The notes: generated by a model from the letters alone, not told the origin. A stretch of DNA of 64,000 bases from Polyangia bacterium (GCA_036504295.1 DASXVK010000198.1:1581-65580), one strand, 5' to 3'; counted from the stretch's first letter, positions 1 to 9,033 are shown. A program made the numbers and translations.

Positions 1-142
1 CGGCGAGCAACGCGTCCATCGACGGGAAGCGCTGGTCGGGCTGGCGGCGCAAGGCCCGCTGCACCGCCCGGCGCAGGTGGGCCGCTCCGGGCCGGCGGTG
101 CCGCGACTCGCGCCCGCGCGACTTCTCGAACGAGGTGGGCAC
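1..142 (-). CDS. 5' part of an unidentified ORF running off the left edge (start tentative: GTG at 142, 145 or 148)
   Basis: Absent from the ORF track because it has no stop inside the window. The minus-frame translation is VVVPTSFEKSRGRESRHRRPGAAHLRRAVQRALRRQPDQRFPSMDALLA, with near-uniform G/C at codon position 3. The RAL-R-QP-QRF-S-DALL stretch resembles the end of a Hanks kinase catalytic domain. There is no room upstream for the rest of a kinase. Confidence 0.3.
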   Translation of the reverse strand, partial: MPTSFEKSRGRESRHRRPGAAHLRRAVQRALRRQPDQRFPSMDALLA

Positions 143-221
143 GACGACGCAGTGTGGCGGCGCATGAGCCTGCGCGTCTTCCCCCACGCTGGTTGCCCCG
201 CGCCGCGCTAGACTACGCCCG

Positions 222-1544
222 ATGGGTCGCGCCTCCCGCCGTCGCTCGAGTCCCCCGCCGGAGGCCGCTGGCGCGGCGCCGCCGCGCCGTCCGTGGTACG
301 CCAACCCCTGGAAGGCGGGCCTCGTCGGCGCGCTCGTCTGCGGCGGGATCGCGGCCATCCGCGTCGCCTGCGCCGTCGCCGGGCCGCGCGCCGAGGTCAC
401 GGCGCCCGCCGCCCGCGACGCCGGCCCGCTGGTGGTGGCCGAGGCGGAGCCGAACGACACGCCGGCGCAGGCGCAGGCGCTCGCCCGCCTGCCGGCGGAG
501 GTCGCGGGCACGCTCACCGCGGGCGACCGGGACTATTACCGCGTGACCGTCGCCGCGCCCGGGACGCAGCTCGTCGACGCGTGGGTGGACGAGAGCGCGG
601 GCGCGCGCGTGCGCGTCCTCGCGGCGGACGGCCGCGAGCTCATGGCCGCGGACGCGCCGGCGCGCATCGGGGCGCTCGGCGTGACACAGGGCGCCTACCT
701 CGTCGCCGTCGAGGGCGGCGCGGCGGCGGTCGTGGGCGCGTACCGGCTGCACGTCGTGCTGTCGCCCTGGACCAAGGGCCTCGACTGGGAGCCGGACGAC
801 GACGCCGACCACGCCCAGACGATGGCGACGCTCGCCACGGGCAAGGGCGAGAACGCGCGCCACGGCGCCGCCGGCTGGTGGTCGCGGCCGGGCGACGTCG
901 ACTGCTTCACCGCGCCGCTCGTCGTGCCGGCCGAGGGCGCGATGCTGCGCGTCGAGCTGCGGCCGCCGCCCGGGGTGCGGCCGCGCCTGTGGGTGCTCGA
1001 CGCCGGCAACGCGGAGGCGAAGGTGCCGCGGCGCACGCTCGTCGACGTGACCGCCCCGGCCGCGGGCCAGCCGGCCCTGGTGCCGGCGCTCGGCGCCCGG
1101 TCGTGGGAGGCGGCGTACGTGGTCTGCACCACCGCCGCCGAAGGCGCGAACCCTGCCGGGCGTTACCAGCTCGACGTCCGCTCCTTCACGCCCCCGGGCC
1201 CGTTCGAGTTCGAGCCCAACGGCACGCGCGAGACCGCGACGGCGCTGCCGCGCGAGGTCGCCGTCGGCGGCCATCTCACGGCCGGGGACGTCGACTGGTT
1301 CCGCGTCTCGGCGGGCGGCACGGGGCCGGTCGCGGTCACGCTGCAGGTCCCCGCCGGCGTGCAGGCGGAGCTGGCGCTGCTCGACGACCGGGGACGCACG
1401 CTCGCGCGCGGCGACGGCGCCGGCCCGGCGAGCGTGACGGTGACGTACGCGGCGCCGGCCTTCGTGCGCCTGACCGCGACGAGCGGCGAGAACCTCAAGG
1501 ACACGTATCGCGTCATCGCCCGCACAGTGAAGGGAGCGCCATGA
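222..1544 (+). CDS. Membrane-anchored secreted protein with three PPC-like (bacterial pre-peptidase C-terminal type) domains
   Basis: 440-aa ORF. It has a basic N-terminus followed by a TM/signal helix (KAGLVGALVCGGIAAIRVACAVAG). Three units each start EPND/EPDD/EPNG and carry GD-D-Y/F/W motifs: EPNDTPAQAQAL..GDRDYYRV, EPDDDADHAQ..GDVDCF, EPNGTRETATAL..GDVDWFRV. There is a clear paralog at 49916-51265. Confidence 0.8.
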   Translation: MGRASRRRSSPPPEAAGAAPPRRPWYANPWKAGLVGALVCGGIAAIRVACAVAGPRAEVTAPAARDAGPLVVAEAEPNDTPAQAQALARLPAEVAGTLTAGDRDYYRVTVAAPGTQLVDAWVDESAGARVRVLAADGRELMAADAPARIGALGVTQGAYLVAVEGGAAAVVGAYRLHVVLSPWTKGLDWEPDDDADHAQTMATLATGKGENARHGAAGWWSRPGDVDCFTAPLVVPAEGAMLRVELRPPPGVRPRLWVLDAGNAEAKVPRRTLVDVTAPAAGQPALVPALGARSWEAAYVVCTTAAEGANPAGRYQLDVRSFTPPGPFEFEPNGTRETATALPREVAVGGHLTAGDVDWFRVSAGGTGPVAVTLQVPAGVQAELALLDDRGRTLARGDGAGPASVTVTYAAPAFVRLTATSGENLKDTYRVIARTVKGAP

Positions 1545-2401
1545 CGGAAGGGAAGGGCGACTGGCTCACGCGCGGCGCGGTCCTGGCGGTGGCCGCGGTC
1601 GCGCTCGTGCGCCTCGGTCAGGCGGCCGCGGGCGCCATCCCCGGCACCCGGGCCGCCGGCGAGCTCGGCATCCTCCTCGCCACGCTCACGGTCGCCCTGC
1701 TCGCGCACGTCGTCGCGCGCAGCGCCGGCGCGCTCGGCTGGACCCTGCTCGGCGCCATGCTCGTCGTGTGGAGCGCCGCGGTGCTGGTGCCGCTCGGTCT
1801 GCTGGCGTACCCGCGGGCCGCGCTCTACGACGGGCGGCTCGGGGGCGCCACGCGCGAGGTGAGCACGGCGCCCGCCGGGCGGCCGGGCCGCCACGTGATC
1901 GAGGTCACGCGCCCCAAGGAGCGCTCCGGGCAGTCGCTGCCCCAGGGGGCGTACGTCCTCCACGTGGGCGCGGGCACGGTCTCGCGCACGCTGACCGGCG
2001 GCGTCGACGCGCCGCTGGACACGGCCGAGATCCCGCTCGCGCGCGGGCAGGCCGCGCGCCTCTTCCTCGAGCGGAGCGAGGTGCCCGTGCTCGAGGTCCG
2101 CGTGCGGCCAGTGCCGCTGCCCTGGACCTTCGTCCAGGTCGCGGGGCTCGTGGCGGTGCTGCTCGCCGCGATCGCGGACGTGGCCCTGCTCGCCGCCCGC
2201 CGGCGCCTGCGGGGCCTGCTCGCGGCGGTGGTCGCGGCGTCGGTGATCTACGTCGCCCTGCTCAACCCCGAGGCCGCGCCGTCGGGCCGGCACGCGCTCG
2301 GCGCGGCGGGGATCGCCATCGTCGCGGGCGGGCTGCTGGGGGCGATCCTCGGGCCCGTGGGGGCATGGCTGCGAGGGCGGTGGGGGGCACGGGCCCACTG
2401 A
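1541..2401 (+). CDS. Polytopic (about 6 TM) membrane protein with an approx. 110-aa extracytoplasmic loop; partner of the PPC protein
   Basis: ATG 1541 overlaps the upstream stop (ATGA). It lies in frame inside track ORF 293-2401, whose N-terminal part is Arg-rich junk. The pattern is three hydrophobic helices, a soluble loop (YDGRLGGATREV...LFLERSEVPVLEVRV), then three more helices. Paralog at 51262-52098. Confidence 0.75.
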   Translation: MTEGKGDWLTRGAVLAVAAVALVRLGQAAAGAIPGTRAAGELGILLATLTVALLAHVVARSAGALGWTLLGAMLVVWSAAVLVPLGLLAYPRAALYDGRLGGATREVSTAPAGRPGRHVIEVTRPKERSGQSLPQGAYVLHVGAGTVSRTLTGGVDAPLDTAEIPLARGQAARLFLERSEVPVLEVRVRPVPLPWTFVQVAGLVAVLLAAIADVALLAARRRLRGLLAAVVAASVIYVALLNPEAAPSGRHALGAAGIAIVAGGLLGAILGPVGAWLRGRWGARAH

Positions 2402-2483
2402 CCCGCGGCGCGCTCCCGGTTGAATCACGGCGGGCCGCTCGCGCGCAGAGGGCCGAAGCCGGGGTCCACCGGCGCGGGCGGGG

Positions 2484-2855
2484 TCACGCGGTACTGGACG
2501 GGACGCCGAGGAGGGTGCCGCCGACCGCGCGCCGCATGGCGCCATCGAAGTCGTCGACTCCGTCGATGGCGTTGGTCACGTCGATGTGCAGCCCCGCGTC
2601 GGGTCCAATGCGCACGCCGGTGCCGGGCGTGGCGAAATCGTAGGGCGCCGCGAAGGGAGCCGCGAACTCACGAATCGCCCGCGCGACCCGGGGGGCGTTG
2701 CTACGCGTCGGCGCCACGAGGACGTCGAGATCGAGCGTCGCGCGCACCCTGCCGTGGAAGATGACGGCCTGGCCGCCGATGACGAGGAAGCGGGCGCCCG
2801 CGGCGGAAAGAAGCCGGAGAAACTCCTCGAAGTCCTTCGTCAATGGGCGTGCCAT
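2484..2855 (-). CDS. Minimal nucleotidyltransferase-fold protein (MNT-like)
   Basis: 123 aa with high GC3. It carries the G-G...DLD signature (FLVIGGQAVIFHGRVRATLDLDVLV) typical of minimal nucleotidyltransferases. Confidence 0.7.
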   Translation of the reverse strand: MARPLTKDFEEFLRLLSAAGARFLVIGGQAVIFHGRVRATLDLDVLVAPTRSNAPRVARAIREFAAPFAAPYDFATPGTGVRIGPDAGLHIDVTNAIDGVDDFDGAMRRAVGGTLLGVPSSTA

Positions 2856-3006
2856 TCTCTCGACTCACCCGGGCGCAGAGTGCGAGGAGCTCCCACCCCA
2901 GAGCCTGTCGCTCCTCGGGCGTGAGCCGCGCCTCGGCGGCCTCCTCGGCCCGGTCCCCGTCGGCGAGCTTCAGCCAGCGAACGCGCCGATCCATGACGGT
3001 CATCAT
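2701..3006 (-). CDS. Possible small partner ORF upstream of the MNT-like gene; 3' end unresolved
   Basis: From ATG 3006 the translation is MMTVMDRRVRWLKLADGDRAEEAAEARLTPEERQALGWELLALCARVSRE, with good GC3 down to about 2856. Beyond that the frame runs on inside the MNT gene with poor GC3 and an Arg-rich tail until the stop at 2701. The real end is unclear: it may be an overlap, a frameshift, or not a gene. Confidence 0.3.
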   Translation of the reverse strand: MMTVMDRRVRWLKLADGDRAEEAAEARLTPEERQALGWELLALCARVSRENGTPIDEGLRGVSPASFRRGRPLPRHRRPGRHLPRQGARDARSRRPRGADA

Positions 3007-3160
3007 AGCATGCGCCTCCGTCGCCTGCCCGATGACGCGGCCCGCGCAGCGCGGCGTGCCCGACGCGAACCCCGGCTGCGCCGCCGACGCGGAGTGCCCC
3101 GCGGGGCACTCCTGCATCCAGTACTGCGGCAACGGCTGGTGCCACGGCGCGTGCCTGTAG
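2993..3160 (+). CDS. Candidate 55-aa Cys-rich micro-protein
   Basis: MTVIIACASVACPMTRPAQRGVPDANPGCAADAECPAGHSCIQYCGNGWCHGACL. Nearly every codon ends in G/C. The C-x-D-x-EC-x-G-x-C...G-x-C spacing echoes the Cys repeats in the 57396-59354 protein. Caveat: its codon register coincides with minus ORF 2701-3132, so GC3 cannot tell which strand is coding. Confidence 0.35.
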   Translation: MTVIIACASVACPMTRPAQRGVPDANPGCAADAECPAGHSCIQYCGNGWCHGACL

Positions 3161-3186
3161 CGCCCCGCCGCGCCGCCCCCTTCAGC

Positions 3187-4296
3187 TCACGTCCGCAGCA
3201 CCGCCACCAGATCGCGCACCGCCTCGGGGTCCTCGCGCCGCGGCCGCTCCCCCGCGCGGAGGAGGTCGACGAGCTCGCGGGCGCGGCAGTCGGCGGTGTG
3301 CTCGGCCAGCACGCGCTCGCGTCCCGCCGCGCCGATCCGCGCCAGCTCGTGCGCCGGCAGGGCCAGCGCGTCACAGACCTCGGCGGTCGTGCGCGCGACC
3401 AGGATCTCCTCGCCCGGCACGAAGAAGGCCTCGAGCCACGGCCACGGCTCAGAGAGCACGGGCACGCCGCAGGCGGCGGTCTCGAGCAGCTCGGGCGAAG
3501 GGCAGAACCCCAGCGCCCCGATCGCGCCGCGCGTGACGTGCAGCGAGAGGCGCGCCGAGCAGGAGAACGCGGCGAAGTCGGCCCGCCGGACGCGCTCGTA
3601 CGCGACGTTGCCCGGCACGGTGGGGTCCGTGGCCGGCGCGGGGCCGCCGATCAGGAACCGGTGCTGCGGGAGCCGCAGCGCCGCGGCGAAGCAGAGGGGC
3701 TCCAGCGCGCGTGCGTCCTGCGGCCCGGCGGGCACGAGGCACGCCAGGTCGGCGCGGAAGCGCGGATCGGCCGGCACCGGGCGATGCTCGTCCGGGTCCA
3801 CCCACGGGTACAGCGGCGCCACCCGCCGCGCCCCCAGGCGGGACCGGAGCCGCTCGAGCGCCTCGCCGCCGGTGACGCTGAGCACGAGGTCGAACCGCGG
3901 CAGCGCGAGGCTCCGCACGAAGCTCGTCTGCCGCGCCCCGGCCTGCCGCAGGGTCGCCGCCGTGTCCAGGTCGTAGAACACGCGGCGGGGCGCGCGCGAT
4001 TCGAGGAGCGCCTCCGCGGCCGGGAGCCCATCGGGGCACTGCGAGGTCACGATGCCGGCGTCGGCCCGCGCGAGCTCCCGGCGCGCGGCGGGGAGCGCCT
4101 CGTCCCAGCTCTCGTACGGCCGGAGGTCGCAGCCCGGGATGGGCCGGAGGTCGCGGGCGCCGGAGCCGACGCGGCGCTCGAAGAACGTGACCCGGTGCCC
4201 GAGCTGCCCCAGCGCGCGGCCGAGCGCGCGCCACGCCTCCGGGCGGGTGTCACCCCGCGCCGGACTGATCGGCGCCCCGAAGACGACCAGCTTCAT
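3187..4296 (-). CDS. Glycosyltransferase (CgeB-like / GT1-type C-terminal domain)
   Basis: 369 aa: MKLVVFGAPIS...GHRVTFFERR...LETAACGVPVLSEPWPWLEAFFVPGEEILVA. This layout is typical of CgeB-family glycosyltransferases. Confidence 0.75.
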   Translation of the reverse strand: MKLVVFGAPISPARGDTRPEAWRALGRALGQLGHRVTFFERRVGSGARDLRPIPGCDLRPYESWDEALPAARRELARADAGIVTSQCPDGLPAAEALLESRAPRRVFYDLDTAATLRQAGARQTSFVRSLALPRFDLVLSVTGGEALERLRSRLGARRVAPLYPWVDPDEHRPVPADPRFRADLACLVPAGPQDARALEPLCFAAALRLPQHRFLIGGPAPATDPTVPGNVAYERVRRADFAAFSCSARLSLHVTRGAIGALGFCPSPELLETAACGVPVLSEPWPWLEAFFVPGEEILVARTTAEVCDALALPAHELARIGAAGRERVLAEHTADCRARELVDLLRAGERPRREDPEAVRDLVAVLRT

Positions 4297-4395
4297 GCGC
4301 CATGGGATGCAGGGGGCGCATGCGCCCTACCAGGTTTCTGCGCCACGCGCACGGCCCCGGAGCGCGCGCACCACCACTGGACCGCGAGGACGCCG

Positions 4396-5007
4396 CTACT
4401 CCTCGTCGGCCTCGGGCTCCGGCGGGAGCCAGAGCAGCGACAGGTCGAGCTCGACAGCGTCGAACGGCTCCGCGCGCACGCGCACGTCGCCGGCGTGGGT
4501 GGCGCAGAGCAGCCACCCGGCGGCCTCGAGCCGATAGACCTCGAGCGTGCGGGCGTCGGGAGAGATGAGCCAGACGTGACCCACCTTGGCGCGGGCATAG
4601 AGCGGCAGCTTGACGGCGCGATCCTCGGCCTCGGTGGACAGCGAGAGGACCTCGCAGATCCAGTCGGGGACCACCGTCAGCGGCCCCTTCCGCGGTGGCG
4701 TGCCCCAGCGCTCCTTGCGCCAGCCGCCCAGGTCCGGGACGCGGATCTCCTCGCCGAAGCGGATGCGCGGCTCGTCCCGGATGATCCAGCCGCCGGGGCC
4801 GCCGATGCCCAAGCGGAACGGCGCGCCCAGCAGGACGCCCAGGTCCGAGGTCGCGTGGGCGTGAGGCTCGTCGGGCCGCGGGGTGACGACGATCTCGCCG
4901 GCCACGATCTCGCCGACGTAGCCCTCCGGGACCCCCTCCAGGTCGTCCCAGGTGGCGGGCCGGCCTCGTGGGCGGGCGGGGAATCTCGGGTGCCGGGACA
5001 TCACCAC
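4396..5007 (-). CDS. Uma2-family (DUF820) putative endonuclease
   Basis: 203 aa with the family layout GEIVAGEIVVTP.P...H...PDLGGWRKER...PDWICEVLS.ST...D...K...YA...V.H.W...P....EVY. Confidence 0.85.
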   Translation of the reverse strand: MVMSRHPRFPARPRGRPATWDDLEGVPEGYVGEIVAGEIVVTPRPDEPHAHATSDLGVLLGAPFRLGIGGPGGWIIRDEPRIRFGEEIRVPDLGGWRKERWGTPPRKGPLTVVPDWICEVLSLSTEAEDRAVKLPLYARAKVGHVWLISPDARTLEVYRLEAAGWLLCATHAGDVRVRAEPFDAVELDLSLLWLPPEPEADEE

Positions 5008-5042
5008 TACTGTAGAGCGCCCGACGGGGCGTCACAAGGTGG

Positions 5043-7385
5043 CTACCGCCGCTCGTGCAGCCCGGCGAGGATCTTCTCGGGGAGGAAGGGCGAGCGCAGC
5101 AGGCGCACGCCGACGGCGTCGTAGATGGCGTTCGAGAGCGCCGGCAGCGGGCCGTTGATGCTGATCTCGGACACGCTCTTCGCGCCGTACGGGCCGGTGG
5201 GCTCGTAGGAGGGCACGAGGATGGTCACCATCTCGGGCAGGTCCCGCGTCGACCAGATCTTGTAGTGCCGGAAGCTCGGGTTGCGGCAGCGGCCGTGGTG
5301 GTCGAAGATCATCTCCTCGGTGAGCGCGTAGCTGAGGCCGTTGAGCACCGCGCCCTCGGTCTGGCCCTCGGCGAGCCGCGGGTTGATCGCGGTGCCGCAG
5401 TCGACCGCGGCGACGTACTTCACCACGCGGCAGAGGCCGGTCTCGCTGTCGACCTCGACCTCGGCGAAGTGCGCGGCGAAGGGCGGGGGCGACGCGCTGG
5501 TGATGTGCGAGGCGTGGCTCGCGATCTGGTGCTGGTCGGTCTCGTAGAGCGTGCGCAGCCCGATCTGCGCGAACGACACCGTGCGCCCGTCCGGCGCGAC
5601 GACGTGCCGGTCGACGGTGGCGAGCGTCGCGGCGTCGCCCGGCGGCAGGCCGAGCACCTCGGCGCCGACCTGCAGGATCTGCTCGCGCACGAGCACCGCC
5701 GCCTTGCGCACCGCCTCGCCCGAGAGGTACGTCGTCGACGAGGCATACGCGCCGACGTCGAACGGCGTGAGATCGGTGTCCGACGAGTACGTGATGACGT
5801 GATCGAGCGGCACCCCGAGCGCCTCGGCCGCGATCTGGGCGAGCACGGTGTCCGACCCGGTGCCGAGGTCGGTGGCGCCGACGAGCAGGTTGAAGGAGCC
5901 GTCGTCGTTCATCTTCAGCGACGCGGCGCCCATGTCGATCTGGGGGATGGACGAGCCCTGCATCAGCGCGCACATGCCGACGCCGCGCCGGTAGCGGCCC
6001 GTCTCCTTCCGCCCGACGCCGCGCTTCGCCGTCCAGCCGATGGCCTCGGCCCCGGCGGTGAGGCACGCGTCGAGCTCGCAGGAGCCGATCTTCTGCTCGA
6101 CGCCCGCCGTGCCCTCGCCGAGCGCGCGGAAGACCGCCGAGCCCTGGCCCTCGCGGACGTGGATCTTGCGCCGGAGCTCGACCGGGTCCAGGCCGAGCTT
6201 CTCCGCCGCCATGTCCATCGCGATCTCGACGGCGAAGGCGGCCTGGGTGGCGCCGTAGCCGCGGTAGGCGCCGCCCACCGGCAGGTTCGTGTACACCGAG
6301 TCGGCGCGGAAGCCGACGTTCGGGCACGGGTAGAGCGGCAGGGTCTTCGAGCCGCAGTTGCAGGCCACGGTGAGCGCGTGCGACCCGTACGCCCCGGTGT
6401 TCGTGAGCACGTCGAGATCGAGGGCCGTCGGCGTGCCGTCCTGCGCCAGGCCGAGGCGGAAGCGCACGCGGCCCGGGTGGCGCGTCCGCGCGGAGACGAA
6501 CTCCTCGTCGCGGGTGTACTCGTGCTTCACCGGCCGCCCGCTGCGCAGGCACAGCATCGCGACGAGGTCCTCGAGCACCTCCTGCTTGGCGCCGAACCCG
6601 CCGCCGATGCGCGGCTTGATGACGCGGATCTTGCGCACCGGCACGCCGCAGGACTGGGCGACGATGCGGCGGACGTGGAACGGCACCTGGGTGGAGGTGC
6701 GGATGACGAGACGGTTCCGCTCGTCGAGCCAGCAGATGGTGACGTGCGGCTCGATCGGCGTGTGCTGGCCGTACTGGGTGACGGTGGTGACGTCGACGGT
6801 GACCGCGGCCCCCTCGAGGCCCTCCTCGGGGTCGCCGATCTGCATGTCGACGTGGCCGGCGAGGTTGCGCGCCGGGTCGTAGGGCACCGGGATGATGGCC
6901 CTGCAGTCGGGCTCGTCGTGGATGACTGGCGCCCCCGGGTCCATCGCCCGCTCGAAATCGAGGACCGCGGGCAGCTCCTCGTACTCGACCTTGATGAGGC
7001 GCACGGCCTGCTCGGCGATGGCGCGCGTCTCGGCGGCCACCGCCGCCACGCGGTCGCCGACGTAGCGCACCTTGCGGTCGAGCATCGGCGTGTCGTACGG
7101 CGACGGCTCGGGGAAGCCCTGGCCGGCGGTGGTGTGCAGGTTGCGCGGCACGTCCTCGTGGGTGAGGACGCAGACGACGCCGGGCAGCGCGCGGGCGCGG
7201 CTCGCGTCGATGCGCGTGATGCGGGCGTGGGCGATCGGGCTCCACAGGAACTTCGCGTGGAGGAGGCCGGGGATCTGCAGGTCGTCGACGAAGACCGGAG
7301 CCCCGGCGGCGAGGCCGAGGGCGTCGACCTTGCGCTCGCTCGTGGCGACCGTCGTGAAGGGCGGCCCGGCGTGCTTCTGGCTCAT
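5043..7385 (-). CDS. Xanthine dehydrogenase-family molybdopterin-binding large subunit
   Basis: The internal ATG at 7385 (MSQKHAGPPFTTVATSERKVDALGLAAGAPVFVDD) overlaps the stop of the FeS subunit gene (ATGA). Family motifs include GGGFGAKQ, GAYRGYGATQ and the C-terminal PYGAKSVSEISINGP. The upstream 120 aa of the track ORF are Arg-rich junk. Confidence 0.9.
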   Translation of the reverse strand: MSQKHAGPPFTTVATSERKVDALGLAAGAPVFVDDLQIPGLLHAKFLWSPIAHARITRIDASRARALPGVVCVLTHEDVPRNLHTTAGQGFPEPSPYDTPMLDRKVRYVGDRVAAVAAETRAIAEQAVRLIKVEYEELPAVLDFERAMDPGAPVIHDEPDCRAIIPVPYDPARNLAGHVDMQIGDPEEGLEGAAVTVDVTTVTQYGQHTPIEPHVTICWLDERNRLVIRTSTQVPFHVRRIVAQSCGVPVRKIRVIKPRIGGGFGAKQEVLEDLVAMLCLRSGRPVKHEYTRDEEFVSARTRHPGRVRFRLGLAQDGTPTALDLDVLTNTGAYGSHALTVACNCGSKTLPLYPCPNVGFRADSVYTNLPVGGAYRGYGATQAAFAVEIAMDMAAEKLGLDPVELRRKIHVREGQGSAVFRALGEGTAGVEQKIGSCELDACLTAGAEAIGWTAKRGVGRKETGRYRRGVGMCALMQGSSIPQIDMGAASLKMNDDGSFNLLVGATDLGTGSDTVLAQIAAEALGVPLDHVITYSSDTDLTPFDVGAYASSTTYLSGEAVRKAAVLVREQILQVGAEVLGLPPGDAATLATVDRHVVAPDGRTVSFAQIGLRTLYETDQHQIASHASHITSASPPPFAAHFAEVEVDSETGLCRVVKYVAAVDCGTAINPRLAEGQTEGAVLNGLSYALTEEMIFDHHGRCRNPSFRHYKIWSTRDLPEMVTILVPSYEPTGPYGAKSVSEISINGPLPALSNAIYDAVGVRLLRSPFLPEKILAGLHERR

Positions 7386-7879
7386 GGCTGCCTCGCGTCG
7401 TCGGGCGTCTTCGTCCCGGCGGCGCGCAGCACCGCGGCGGCGCGCAGGACGGCCTCGATCTGCTTGACGTACCCGGTGCACCGGCACAGGTGCCCGTCGA
7501 GCGCCGCCTTCACCTCCGCCTCCGTCGGCGCGGGGTTCTCGTCGAGCAGCGCCTTGGCCGACAGGAGCATGCCCGGCGTGCAGAAGCCGCACTGCACCGC
7601 GCCCGCGTCGGCGAAGGCGAGCTGCAGCGGGTGCGGCTGGTCGACGGTGCCGAGCGCCTCGACGGTGGTCACGGCGCGGCCCTCCGCCTGGGCGGCGAAG
7701 AGCAGGCACGACTCGACGGGCACGCCGTCGAGGAGGACGGTGCACGCGCCGCAGTCGCCGGTCTCGCAGCCGCGCTTGACGCTGAGGCAGCCGGCATCGC
7801 GCAGGACGTCGATGAGGAGGTCGCGGGCGGCGATCTCGATCGCGCGGGCCGCGCCGTTGATGGTCACGTGGAGCTTCAT
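7382..7879 (-). CDS. (2Fe-2S)-binding small subunit of the molybdenum hydroxylase
   Basis: MKLHVTINGAARAIE...RGCETGDCGACTVLLDG...SCL...QCGFCTPGM...CRCTGY. These are the classic two-cluster motifs. Its ATG overlaps the FAD-subunit stop. Confidence 0.9.
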   Translation of the reverse strand: MKLHVTINGAARAIEIAARDLLIDVLRDAGCLSVKRGCETGDCGACTVLLDGVPVESCLLFAAQAEGRAVTTVEALGTVDQPHPLQLAFADAGAVQCGFCTPGMLLSAKALLDENPAPTEAEVKAALDGHLCRCTGYVKQIEAVLRAAAVLRAAGTKTPDDARQP

Positions 7880-8760
7880 TGCGGCCTCGCGGTGGCGCCC
7901 GCGACGGCGCCCGTGGCCCGGGCCACGGCGGCTTCGAGCGCGCGCCGGACGAGCACCTCCGCCAGCTCGCGGCGGTACTCGCGGGTGGTGCGGTAGTCGC
8001 TGGCGATCTGCGCCTCGTCGCGGCCCGCGCGGGCCGCCACGGCGAACGCGGCCGCGCCGGCCTCCTTGCCGAGCAGCGCCGACTCGGCGGTCTTGAGGCG
8101 CTGGGGCAGGGGCCGCAGCGCGCCGACCGCGATGCGGACCGCGCAGATCTCGCGGCCGCGCAGCTCGACGTAGGCCGCGGCGTCGCACAGCGCGCAGTCG
8201 ACGGCGGTGCGGCCGAACTTGACGAACGCCGACCCGGCCTCGGCCGGGGCGCGCGGCACCAGGACCTCCGTGAGGATCTCCGCCGAGCCGATGAGCTTCG
8301 ACGGGTGCCGGACGAAGAGCTCGGCGGCGGCGACGTCGCGCGTGCGGCTGACGCCCCGCACGCGGCAGGTCGCGCCCAGCGCGAGCAGCATCGGCGGCAG
8401 GTCGGCCCAGGGCACCACGCCGACGACGTTCCCGCCCACGGTGATCTGGTTCTGCAGCAGGCGCGAGCCGGCCGCGCCCGCGGCCTCGGCGAGGCCGGCG
8501 AGCCCCGCCTCGACCACCGCGCGCGAGCGCGCCACCTGGCGGGCGGTCGCCATCGCCCCCAGGCGCAGGTTGCCGCCGGAGAGCGAGATCGTGTTCAGGC
8601 CGGTGCGCGACAGGTCGACGAGCGCCTGGACCTTCGGGTCCGCGAGGAACACGAGGCTCGTGCCGCCCGCGAGCGGCCGGGCGCGGCCGCCGCCCTCGGC
8701 GAGCAGCGCCAGCGCCTCCTCGACCGAGCGGGGGTGATGGACATCAGCGAGGTTCCTCAT
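7876..8760 (-). CDS. FAD-binding subunit of the molybdenum hydroxylase (CoxM/XdhB-like)
   Basis: 294 aa: HHPRSVEEALALL...PLAGGTSL...NQITVGGNV...SDYRTTREYRRELA. Confidence 0.9.
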   Translation of the reverse strand: MRNLADVHHPRSVEEALALLAEGGGRARPLAGGTSLVFLADPKVQALVDLSRTGLNTISLSGGNLRLGAMATARQVARSRAVVEAGLAGLAEAAGAAGSRLLQNQITVGGNVVGVVPWADLPPMLLALGATCRVRGVSRTRDVAAAELFVRHPSKLIGSAEILTEVLVPRAPAEAGSAFVKFGRTAVDCALCDAAAYVELRGREICAVRIAVGALRPLPQRLKTAESALLGKEAGAAAFAVAARAGRDEAQIASDYRTTREYRRELAEVLVRRALEAAVARATGAVAGATARPQ

Positions 8761-8997
8761 CTAGCCTCCGCCGACTGGCAGCAGGATCTCGACCCGGGCG
8801 CCGTCCGCGACCGTCGCGCCGGTCGCGGCCCGGGTGCCGTCGAGCAGCACCGTCAGGCGTGCGCCCTCGGCGGGGGAGTAGCCGAGCTGGGCGAGCAGCG
8901 CCGCCACCGCGGTTTGGGCCGGGACCTCGAGGCTGAGCCGCCGCTCGGCGCACGGGCGGCGCACGGGTCCCACGAACTCGACGACGATGTGGGCCAC
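8761..8997 (-). CDS. MoaD/ThiS-family ubiquitin-like sulfur-carrier protein
   Basis: 78 aa ending in ...VEILLPVGGG. The size and C-terminal Gly-Gly match the beta-grasp sulfur-carrier family. It abuts the downstream FAD-subunit gene with no gap. Confidence 0.7.
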   Translation of the reverse strand: MAHIVVEFVGPVRRPCAERRLSLEVPAQTAVAALLAQLGYSPAEGARLTVLLDGTRAATGATVADGARVEILLPVGGG

Positions 8998-9033
8998 GCG
9001 CGGACGTTACCACAACGGACGCGCGGCGTTGAC

